From NCBI RefSeq assembly GCF_001194135.2, contig NC_068984.1, positions 5,674,693 through 5,738,692 on the forward strand: a stretch of 64,000 nt of DNA, given 5' to 3'. Source of the stretch: Octopus bimaculoides. Its lineage: Eukaryota. The notes beneath the pieces are model-generated. The model saw nothing but the letters and a program-made list of their open reading frames with translations, was not told where the DNA came from and ran no database searches. The position numbers and the translations under genes are program-made. Positions 53,276-64,000 of the stretch are shown here, in pieces. Each line of letters opens with the position of its first letter. Positions within the stretch are counted from its first letter, which is position 1.

Positions 53276-54178
53276 TTTCGGTTGTTGTGCACGTGAGTGT
53301 GCTTGCCTGCGTGTGTATGTGCGTTCTTTCGAGGTGTACAGGTGGTGTGTTAACATTTGTGTGACGTGAGGAGGCTTTGTGTGTGAGCGCTTGTGTGCTA
53401 AGTGAGTGTCAAGTGTGGAAGAGTTGTTTTATGGGGGATTGTACATGTGGGGGTATTGGGTGTGTTTACATCAGTGTGTGAGCACAGATGGGTGTGGGGC
53501 TTCTTACGCAGGAGATAAATTAGCACAAAGTTAGTGCACTGGGAAAGTTCAAATTCTTACAAATCCAATGATTTAAGCGGAATTAATTACTTCACAAACA
53601 AATGAATTGGTCAGCGGTACAGATTTTCAAACAAATTACGTTTGCTTATGTGCTTTTCAGCAATATTACCTTATTTTGTCTACACTAATAACGGCATGAT
53701 AGTATCTGTAATTCACAGGATTCTTCGAAACAGCTGTAAAGAGTGATTTTATCGGGTAAGATTTTAATACAACACATGTGAATATATTCTATACCCATAT
53801 AATTGTTAATCTATTACCTTAATTTATGCGTACTAGAAAGAGAAAGAAGTCCAATCTTTCCGACGATGTGAGTTCCAGTTCTTCTCTTTATTAATATCGC
53901 ATAAGTCACGGAATAATTCCTCAGATACGTGTTCCACTACAACAAAAACAGGGAACATAAACATGATACAGTGTGACCCTTTAGCTCCTCAAAGTTTAGG
54001 TTTCTATCAGGATATGGTAAGGGAAAGAAAGAGAAAATGCACTTGCTCAAGATGGAATTAAGTGTGCTCTTAGCCAGAGCCCCTTGATTGCAAAGTGGAT
54101 TTCAGCATTCAGCTATGTTTGCATCCACACGCACACGCTGGCGTGTGTATGAGTGTGTGACACTATATATTAATGAGT

Positions 54179-54721
54179 GTGTGGTGGGGCGAAAATAGGA
54201 GTACAGCTGCTTAATATGAATGGAATGTTCTTTTCATATTTCTATTTCTTTTAGAATTCGACGATCCTATGTTGTTTTTAACTAATTCTTTCCATAATAA
54301 GAAAATTATTCTTAATTTCATATATTTATCAAATGGTTGGAAATGTGTCCAACGATGAATGAAAGTGGATCATCAGAGAGTACCGGGAAAACAGAGAATG
54401 TTGAAAAGGTTAGATAGAAATAGACTGAAGAATTTCAAAGACCAGCTCCATCACGATTAACAGTTTATAGAATACTTGACAAATTTGAGCAGACTGGTTT
54501 CATCTGCAATGCACAGGAAAATGGTCTACCGGTCAGTGTTACCACTGAGAAAAATAAAATAATGTCCCCAAAAATAAAAAAAAAGGGGGCTTCCAGCGAA
54601 CTAGGCATCTCCAGCTGATCTCTTAGTCAACTTATGAATCACTTAGGTTTTTAAAAAGAGATAGAGAAATTAACATTACATTCCTATTACGCAATTGCAT
54701 CACTACTTTTGCCCAGGCCTG
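54179..54721 (+). mobile_element. Internally deleted Tc1/mariner-like DNA transposon (N-terminal HTH remnant)
   Basis: Translation PAPSRLTVYRILDKFEQTG...PVSVTTEKN...ASSELGIS resembles DUF4817-type transposase N-termini. Right TIR-like ctacttttgcccaggcctg+TA at 54703-54723; degenerate left copy ggtggggcgaaaatagg near 54183. Confidence 0.6.
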
Positions 54722-55248
54722 TATAATACGTATATGCTTTTTACTTGCTCTGTTGTCACTAGAAGTTGTTTTTTTTACCTCGCAGTGAGACTCTCCGCGG
54801 ATATTGCTGCAGACTAATGACGGATACCAGTTCAAAAATACAATGATAATAATAATAATATATTCAGTAGATCGTGGTTAATTAAAACGCATATTAATTT
54901 ATCGCTTTGACTCGTCAAATATTAAACTCAAACTAATGTTTTGTTCATTAACGCAAATATTAATTGAATTCTGTTTGCAGTTGAGTATGTATGTGTGTGT
55001 GGGTGTGTCTTTATGTCTGTCTGGCTGTGTGTGATGGCAACGGAATATGTATGAGCGGGTGTGCGATTGTTAGTAAATATGTGTGTGTGGGAGGTCTTAT
55101 TGAACGGAGCGGTTTTCATGATCTTCCCAAGCCCTGCGAGACCTGGAAGATCGACTCTGAACATCAATGTTCAGCAGTTAGCGTGACGTGTCTAGGTTTG
55201 TTCTTAGACACACGTCACACTAACTGCTGCACAAATGTATGGTGTGTG

Positions 55249-55590
55249 GAAGTTGAGGATGGATCAGCGAAAGCGTGTGGCTTAGCGATTAAGATATTTG
55301 TTTCAAAAGCGTTAGATCGCGAGTTCAATTTCAGGCACCGCTTTGTGTTCTTGGGCCAAACACTTTATTTCACATTACTCCGGTTCATTCGGCTGACAAA
55401 TATGAATTGTATTTGTAATTCAAAGAAGCAAACTCTGTCACACTGTGTGCCACGTTGAATCTCTCCAAGTATTACATGAAGGGTACGCATGTCTGTGGAG
55501 AGCTCAACCAACTGTACGCTAATTTCATGAGCAGGTTATCCTGTTAATCGGATCAATTGGAACCCGCGTCGTTATAACCTACAGTGCCGG
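55249..55590 (+). mobile_element. tRNA SINE sharing the family B 3' body
   Basis: Head gcgtgtggcttagcgattaag, gagttcaatttc; body ctgtcacactgtgtgccacgttgaatctc. Confidence 0.7.
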
Positions 55591-56059
55591 TTTTAAAGGA
55601 TGGATCAAGATTAGCATGGACATAATTGAGGGTGTGTGGGCGGGTCTACGCGTGGACTCTTTAAAACTAATTGCACATTCTTTACAATAACGTCGCTTCA
55701 CTATGCAGTTACTTATGTGTTTCTACAAACATTACTTTTTTTTTTTATTTTCCCCCTTTTTCCCCCAAATGATTGCAATATCATTTAATGTTTTATCATC
55801 TTCAAATATTTTTAATAAACTCATATTAGTTTTGCTAATTGTCATACCTCCATTAACTCATCGTTATTTCGAAAAGTTCTGTGGAGTTTGTTTCACTAAT
55901 GAGGACACAATAAAATCGAAACTTGGCCAGAAATGTCTCTTTTAATATCCGGAATAAACAGAGTAATATTTATCATTGAGCTTGGGGTTTGGTTCACAGC
56001 AATATTATGAAACATATTAATAACTAACCCAAATAAAACACATACATAGCATAACTATT

Positions 56060-56248
56060 ATATAATAATAACTTCGAAAAATACTTTAGGAATGAGAACC
56101 CAAGTTCAAAATTTCCCCCAAGACACCTGATGAAGGCTGGAGGGTATATCAGCCGAAACGTTGTGTTAACAACAAACAAGATGAGGACAAATATCCGTCA
56201 AATGTAAAATAATGTACATAACTCCTCATCTCTTAAATATAGAACTGT
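56060..56248 (+). mobile_element. Single arm of the HHR fold-back element
   Basis: Matches 14860-15041 and ends ...tcttaaatatagaactgt; the tRNA head is missing. Confidence 0.8.
56122..56167 (+). ncRNA. Type I hammerhead ribozyme motif, minimal stem III (dimer type)
   Basis: GACAC-CUGAUGA-A-GGCUG(GAGGGUAUAU)CAGCC-GAAAC-GUU-GUGUU. Stem I 5 bp, stem II 5 bp, palindromic AACGUU stem III; predicted cut after 56162. Confidence 0.7.
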
Positions 56249-56253
56249 ATTAT

Positions 56254-56330
56254 CAAACGATGCCTCAAGTGACAATTCCTGGCCACCAAACGATTCCTCA
56301 AGTGATAGTTCCTGGCCCTCAAACGATTCC
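56254..56330. repeat. 33-bp tandem repeat, 2.3 copies
   Basis: caaacgatgcctcaagtgacaattcctggccac / caaacgattcctcaagtgatagttcctggccct / caaacgattcc. Confidence 0.85.
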
Positions 56331-57224
56331 ATGTAGCACTACAATGTGTTTTCTTTTTATATCGTTTCTTTCTGTGCTTGTTAACAAATAAGTCGAAGAG
56401 AAACATAGAACGGTGAGAATAAGACTTTCAACCGGTTGCCATGCAAACCTACCCCTCATTATTAGCTTCATTATCAATAGGGTGAAACCTTATTTATGCA
56501 TAATAACCAGCATCGATTTGTTTATATCTCCGTAGAATAAGAACTTGGTTCGAGTGTTTGATTAAAACTCTTACAAGACACTCCAGCTAGGCCGTAGTCC
56601 GATAGCAAACATGTAAAAGCAAAAAACACATGCATATACACACGTATATACATGTAGACACACACACAAATATATATATATATATATATATACTCACCAA
56701 ACAGTTAGCATTGTTTAGAATATTATGTAAAACACTTCTCTCTATGAACAATTCTCCTATCATCATCATCATCATAACTATCAATGGTGAACGCCATCAT
56801 CACTATGAAGACATTGGTGTTGCCAATCTGTGTGTTATGGCAGTCAGAATGTTTGACTCCTTTCACTTGTCCTGATATGTAAAACAGTATCGATATCCGA
56901 CATTATGGAAATATCTGTGGAAAGTCTTATTAGCAGCTTTATGAAGCAGTTACAGAATGACTGAGACAAAATCTGCCAAAATATAATCCATTTCACAGTT
57001 AAACAATTTCAGCGAAAGACATCTCTCGTTGTCCAGAACGTGACTCACACAGATAAGTTTATATTACAGCCCCTGTCGTATTAGTCAAGTTAAAACGGAC
57101 GTCCAAAAGTCAGCAGAGAGAGAGAGAGAGAGAGGTAGATAGGTAAATAATATAAATTGACTACTGACGTCAAGACCGCACTCGTCACAACTACCACACG
57201 CACATGTGTATGTATATATATATA

Positions 57225-57600
57225 CTGTAGTACCTCGCAGTACGAGTGCCCCATTATACGAGTAATTTGCTTTACTAGCCGAGACTCGTGCAAATTTTTG
57301 TCTTGAAGTACGATCAGAAATCCGCAGTACGAGCATACAAATCGTCCCACCTTTAAGGTAATTCAGTTAATAAAACCATTTTACATATTTCTTTTGCATT
57401 TCCTTTTTTATAATTGTCATTTTACTTGTAACTACACATTTTCTGTTTTACAACCCATAAAAAATTATCGTTGAGTGGTTTTGGCGGTCTGGAACGGATT
57501 AATTATATTTTAGTTAATTTCAATGGAGAAATTTTATTTGTAAAACGAGTGAAGCATAAGATGAGCTCGGTCATGGAACTGTAATACTGAGGTATTACTG
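57225..57600. mobile_element. Non-autonomous pogo/Tigger-like DNA transposon (MITE)
   Basis: TA-flanked imperfect TIRs ctgtagtacctc... / ...gaggtattactg; internal ggaacggattaatt...tttcaatggagaaa resembling MER44/Tigger7-type subterminal motifs. Confidence 0.7.
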
Positions 57601-58014
57601 TATATAAATATATATACACGCGCGCACACACACACACTATTCTCTTGTTGGTAGAATCATTAAAAGAATTACTCCATCCAACGAAGAATACATATTTTTT
57701 AATAAACAGATCTAAATATGAGCTGTTATAAGTTTCATGTCTCATTTCGATAAAATAATTCGAGAACGAAGCGGAGTGACTGATGTGATCGTAGAATATC
57801 AAACGCATGAGTTCTGTTGGGTCAGACATGTCAGAAGGTTCTCGGTCAACAGCTGGCGCCGTGCAGGGGCCGAGTGATACCCAAGAGATCGGAAAAGACC
57901 ACGACTATGGGAAGGTAATTTATTTAAGCAATTTGGGTCAAAATGGAAAAGAATGAAGCAATCAAAACAGAACCGGAAGCGCGTCGTGACAAGTGGGGTA
58001 TAACGGCATCTGCT

Positions 58015-58113
58015 GATCACATAGACTCCAGATTTCAACTGGTATTTCGTTTTATCGATTTTGAAAGGATGAAAGGCTAAGTTGACCTCAGCAGAATTTG
58101 AACTCAGAACGTA
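58015..58113 (-). mobile_element. Nin/Deu-like SINE fragment
   Basis: aaaggatgaaaggctaagttgacctcagcagaatttgaactcagaac. Confidence 0.75.
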
Positions 58114-58199
58114 TACATAACTACATTGTTTCTTTCTGAGTAATCTCACGCACACAAACATTTGTGTATATATATATATGAGAGAATATACAAATAATA

Positions 58200-58375
58200 A
58201 CAACAGACGAGGACAGGTGGTGTAAATAACAAAAGTATATATTAGTATGACGCTCGGGAATACGGAAAGTCTTTGACGTTTCGAGCTACGCTCTTCAACA
58301 GAAAGAATACGGAGACAAGGAGAAAAACACGGAGAAAAAAAATTGAATAGTGTTCAGTCAACGGTCAATCATAAT
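58200..58375 (-). mobile_element. Small element carrying a hammerhead-like motif (second family)
   Basis: Minus strand 58306-58270: UCUUU-CUGUUGA-A-GAGC(GUA)GCUC-GAAAC-GUC-AAAGA. Flanked by ataataa-like repeats and a (TA)n tract. Confidence 0.6.
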
Positions 58376-58379
58376 AATG

Positions 58380-58432
<53 letters not shown>

Positions 58433-58569
58433 TACCAAGATCGATGTTGCATTTCATTTCATCATTTCGGGCTCCATAAAATAAATGCAAATTGAGCCCT
58501 GGGGCCAATATAACCGGTTAGCCCTTCCCCTCAAATTTCAGGCGTTGTACGTTTCGTAAAAATGAAAGT

Positions 58570-58747
58570 TTCTGTTGAAAATTACTGCCACTTCTTCAAT
58601 TAAGTTTGAAAATAAGGAAAATAACTTCATTAAGGTTGTGTGTGGAATATAAAATTGGCATAAAATTTTGATGGAATATTTTAATTTATATCATTTAAAA
58701 ACAGAACGTTTGTTTCGTAGAGCCAAGGCTGGTCTGAAGAAGGTTAA
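58570..58747 (-). repeat. Dispersed AT-rich repeat, possibly from a DNA transposon
   Basis: Begins TTAA-CC on the minus strand. The family assignment is from recollection only; no second TIR seen. Confidence 0.3.
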
Positions 58748-61110
58748 TATAAAAAGAATTAAAAATTGAAACAATTTCTCAGTTTGAATTCCGTCACATA
58801 TTGCGCTATCAATTGTAAATATGTCGAGTTGTGTTGTACTTCAAATCCTCAAATGATGTTTGGAGACTTCCTTGGTGGAAAGTATCAATGAAAAGCTATT
58901 ATTTCTTTCAGCAAAACAATTCGATGATTCCTGTTAGTTATCCTTGTTCAATCTATTTTTTTCCTTCTCCTCAATGACAGATTTTCTTTGCAAAGATGTA
59001 AAACTGGCATTTATTATTATTTAGTTTCTACTTGTTTCAACTATTGGATTGCGACCATACAGGCAATCAGTAAAGGACCCTACACACACACACACACACA
59101 CACACACAGTGAGAGAGAAATTTCCTAAAATAGAGGCAGTGGATGATAGAATAGTTATGGAAAGAGTTATGCAAAAGAGCAATTTGTTTAATTTAATTTC
59201 ATTTTAATTTATTAAATATTTATCATCTGAAAATTAATTTTCACTATGGTATTTTGTATTAATCTCATAAATTTTGGTAAAAGTTAAATTTTATTTACTG
59301 TATATACGCCATAATTCTTGATTTTACACACAGTGGCAAAAGAATATTAGCAAAGACATCGGTCATCTGTCTGCGATAGAGCAACAAAAGTTAGCACAAG
59401 CAAAACTATAGCTAGTACTGTTTCACCTTTGTATACATTTGTGTATATATATACCGGTATTTTAATCCCTTCCAAGTGCGTATTTTAATTTAATATCAGC
59501 CTGGCTAATTTTCCCACCAATCAGTAAAAGTTTTGTTTACATATTCTACACATGGAACAAAGATGCTCGTTTAGAACACCCTGGTTATTCGTCTCTCCGG
59601 AGACTAAATTATCGTAATCCTCTAGCGTTCTCATCGAAGCCCTGAGTTTCTTTTTAACACCCAAGTCTCTTTGGGCGGTTTTGCTAAGACCAAAAGTATT
59701 TCAACTAGCGCTGTTCCATTCTTTTATACACACCAGTTTGTGTATATGCGTGTGTGTGTGTCACAGGCAGACAAAAACATACAAAAAACGAAACGATATC
59801 ACAAACGGACGGTTGAATCGCTCATTAATTGTCTATTGGAAACTATTACAATTTCAGTATCAGTACAGTCTTGTTTATTTCTCTGGTACCTACAGATTAT
59901 TAACGTTTCTAAATTAAAGAAAATTGAGTATAAAGGCTTGGTACGGGAAGTAGTACAAGAAGTAAGCAAAATATATATATAAAAAAAAAGATTGTCTCAT
60001 CAAATCACTTTATATAAAGACAATTTGTGAGAAAGAGAAGTTACAAGACGAAATAGTGAAATGAAAATCTGTACTCTTAACAGAAAATATACAATACAAA
60101 GAAACAAGTAGATAACATATATGGTTTTCGATCTTGATAAATAAAGTGTCACATGGAAAATCCACACCTACACTTATTGATAAACGTATATGTGAGTGTT
60201 GAGTCACCTTGTGCCCTTTTGTGCCTTCAATTCTACTTAGACTAGTAAAGGTACCATCGTAACCTAAAGCAAGTGTAGGCCAATTTTCGCTAGTATTTCC
60301 AGAAGGAGATGAGAATAAAGCAGCCAATACAAACTGTATGTGCGTATATATAGTGATATCAATAACGCAGCAACACTGACAATATAGACAAGTTGAAAGT
60401 GTAATAACATTAGAGTAAAAGTACATTGTTGCATGATTAAACATGTTGCTGCTTCCTGTCCTAAGAAATCACCATCATGCATATATATATATATATATAT
60501 ACCGACTGTTATAAATTCATAGGATTGTGGCATTTGTGTGTTTGTATGTGTTTGTGTGTATTCAATCGAGACAGTTCTTAATAGCAGTCTCGATCTTAAT
60601 GAAGCGGAACTGTGCCATCGTGAATATATCAGCTTTTCTTTGGCTCAATGGAGCTCTTTTACTCCGCCTCACAACTTGTATACACTTTGCTTTTCACCTA
60701 AATTACACAAATGTAATGGCTCTATTGATGATTATAGGATCTAACCAAACTCTTGCTCAGTTTCATACACTTTGCTTAAATTATTCCTAGGAGAACAGCT
60801 TTGGTGATCCGAAATGTTGTACTCTGTGAGAAAATTTAAATTGTATTTCGATAGTCTCGCTCGTTCTATAAAATCAATGCAGCAGAAACCTAGTGTTAAT
60901 TCTCTCTTCGTACAACATTGTCCAATTTTTAATATTCAATTGATCCAAGCAACGCTGTTACTCTAATCCGTCATCAGAATCATGTTGAGTGAAAGTTTAT
61001 ACAGAACTGATCTATTTCGACTCCAAGAAAATCTCATTTTTTTTCTTGTCGTTTCGTCTCTCGTTTCATGACGATATAGTCGCTCCTAGAACCGGTCACA
61101 AACGTCATAT

Positions 61111-61148
<38 letters not shown>

Positions 61149-63029
61149 CACATCCACAACTGAAGCAGAAGACCTGATCGTGACGCCATTTTTATATTGA
61201 AGGATATAATTTAATTTTCAGAATAATGTGAATAATTTAGGATCTATCAAACTCGACAATTGTCTATGTAGCATGGTTTTCTATTAAATTCTTCTCCCAT
61301 ATTAATTTAGAATTAATCATAGATTTTCAAACACGTTTATCTAATATATTTCTCATACCATGGAGATTTTAATTCAATGCACATTTGCCTTTCCACAAGA
61401 TATTGGATTCACTTGGAAGCTTCTTTAATTAAGAATTGTAAAGGACGCTGGAATAGTTGAAAACGGTTATTTCCCTTACTATTTTAGAGTGGTGTTTACT
61501 TACATGTTCTTAGGTTGTTCGCAATGAGAGATAAGACGTGAATGCATATAGACAATGACAACAGTGAAGTTTGTGTTTCCAAATATTTTATTAACCTCCA
61601 TCGTTATATTTAGAAACGTACATTCAATATATTAATGGATCAATGTTTAATGAACATAAGGGCTGGTAATTTTCTGTATATAACTTGCTGGGTAATATAA
61701 TAAAAGGAATGCAAGGAAATTAATCACTGCTTTATAATCAATATGTGTTACTGGGCAATGCAAACATAGGTTAGGATTTTTGTTGACTCTCACGTAATTA
61801 TGTTGCTTAAAATGGAGAGGGTGAGTGAGAAACTTGTTGAGACAAACGACACTGATTCCCACTGACGCTTGCGTTGTTCTAGTTATGTTAGATTATATCA
61901 TCTTATTATATCTGTTAGCCATCCTTCTAGAATTTTCGGCCAAACTGTTTGGCGGGAAAATTTATCAGCCATAGCAAGTCGGACAGTGCTGATTGGTCGA
62001 GACATGAAGGTAGTTGTTAGTACCGTTTACGGTGAAACTTTTCCTTTCATAGAAATATATTAGTTCGTGGTAACATTTGAGAACTATGGTTCAAATTTCA
62101 ACGGGAAGCAGTGTCTCAGTACAGTACCATCTGCTGCAGGTAGAACATATTGTTGTTCTTACAAAACGTTTGTCCACTGAAAATGTATTTCTATTCAAAC
62201 ATTCTCTTCCACTTAAGTTATAGCATTTAACTGGTTCTCACAGTTAGAATATAAGCTGTATCTGCATAATAAATTTACTTTTCAAATAATAAACATTTAA
62301 TAGTGAGAGTAAGTACTGAATTGTTCCCAGCATGCCTAGGAACATGACGTCACAACGCTCCCATGAAAGGCAACTCCAGTCACTTAAATGAGCGATACCT
62401 TACGTTCAGGTTTTATTCTGAAATCTTTGAATGAAAATGTTCACTAAAGTTAAAAGTTCTATAGTAAGCATTGAATCGTTCCCGACATGCTTCGCAAAAT
62501 TACGTCACAGCACTTCCATGAAAGACGACTCTATCACTTTAATGTGTGGCTGTTGTTACACCCAGCATTTCTTTTTTCGCTATATCTTCCACTTAAATGT
62601 TTCCAAATGGCATTCATTTTTGATTTATTGCATTCTTTTTATGTTGCACTCTCAAACTTTTAAAGTCTTTGAAATATGTTTTAACGTTAGGATCACAGTT
62701 ACATTGAAAGTAATGGTTGTAGCTTTGCTGTGAGTGTATTTTATGTGTTGCTTTAATTTTGCTTTCCTGCAGGCTCAATAGTTATGTGATAGTTCTCCTT
62801 TTATTTGCGCCTGAGACAGCTCTTGACATTGTTCAAGGATATATGTTGAATAATATCAACAATATACAAGGTACGATGAAAGGGGTGATATAAGTAGACA
62901 TAAACGATTTTTGAAGCTAACATGGAAGCATAAATCTCAGAGAACAGAAACTGCCTAAAAGGGATGCAACATTGTAAACATTGATGCCCTAAAGGCAAAA
63001 GGTTTAAAAGCATGTTAGGCAATTCTTTT

Positions 63030-63380
63030 ATCTTTTACTTGCTTCAGTCATTAGAATGCGGTCATGCTGGAGCACCAACTTGAATTTTTAGTCGACCGAA
63101 TCGTTCCTAATACAAGGATTGTTCTTCTATCGGGCTCTTTGGCTGAACCGCTAAGTTACGGGGGTCATAAACACCGGTAGTCAAGCGATGGTGACAGGAA
63201 CAAAGACACAGACATATATATATACAATGGGATTCTTTCAGTTTCCATCTACAATATCTACTCACGAGACTTTGGTCGCCCCGAGGATATAGAACACATT
63301 TGCCCAAGATCCCACACAGAGGGGCTGAGCCTGGAACCATATAGTTGGAAAACTAACTTCTTATTACACAGTCACACCTA
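63030..63380 (-). mobile_element. Family A SINE
   Basis: Reverse tail gcttcagtcattagaatgcggtcatgctggagcacc; ctttcagtttccatctac. Confidence 0.8.
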
Positions 63381-63664
63381 GAGTAATATAGGTCGACTGA
63401 TGCCGTATTTTAAACTAACACAGAAGCAGAAAGCTTTGTTCTTATAGGAAAATTCGCAGAACAGAACTCTCTAAGAAGAATGGAACATTCCAAACAGTAA
63501 TGACTTGGGAAAAAGAGATATACGTAATTAGTTTTTTCTTTAATTAATTCTAATCCGGTAATCCTAATATGGTTTGGAATTACAACAATATCCAAGATAT
63601 ACCGTTGAAGACATTTTTATTTAAATACACACACACAAAACTCATCTCTCTCTCTCTCTGATAT

Positions 63665-63880
63665 ATATATATATATGTTTGTGTGTCTGTGTTTGCCCCC
63701 GCCACCATCGTTTGTCAACCGATGCTGGTGTGTTCACGTCCCCATATCTTAGCGGTTCGGCAAAAGAGACCGATAGAATAAGTACTAGCTTTACAAAAAA
63801 TAAAAGTCCTGGGGTCGATTTGTTCGATTTAAGGCGGAGCTCCAGTCAAATGACAAACAAATAAAAGGATAAAAGAATAT
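63665..63880 (+). mobile_element. Family A SINE 3' half
   Basis: gatgctggtgtgttcacgtcccc...gagaccgatagaataagtactag...cagtcaaatgacaaac. Confidence 0.85.
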
Positions 63881-64000
63881 ATTGTCCTCTTATCCCGACT
63901 CTCTCTCTCTCTCTCTCTCTCTGTCCCTCTATTTTTCCTTCTCTGTATCTGTCTCATTCTCACACTGTGTGTGTGTGTGTGTATGTGTGTTTATGTATGC

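Noticed and set aside
60010-60444. 144-aa minus-strand ORF
   Set aside because: Begins in microsatellite-like sequence; no recognisable domain or convincing splice pair.

Overview
AT-rich eukaryotic DNA, about 64 kb, with four N-gaps. The repeat landscape (tRNA-derived CORE-type and Nin/Deu-type SINEs, TA/CA microsatellites) points to an Octopus genome; this is an inference. I recognise no host protein-coding gene, and nearly all listed ORFs are SINE, microsatellite or gap artefacts. The window looks intronic or intergenic. It holds more than 35 SINE copies, decayed LINEs (RTE, CR1, two RLE/R4-Dong-like fragments) and two Tc1/mariner-type DNA elements. The most striking signal is a set of type I hammerhead ribozyme (HHR) motifs in at least three sequence families. 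One is a TSD-flanked fold-back element made of two head-to-head tRNA-derived (Pol III) arms, each ending in an HHR (14551-15041, related copies at 231-420 and 56060-56248). The others are a solitary canonical HHR (4829-4873) and a different small HHR-bearing element (58200-58375).
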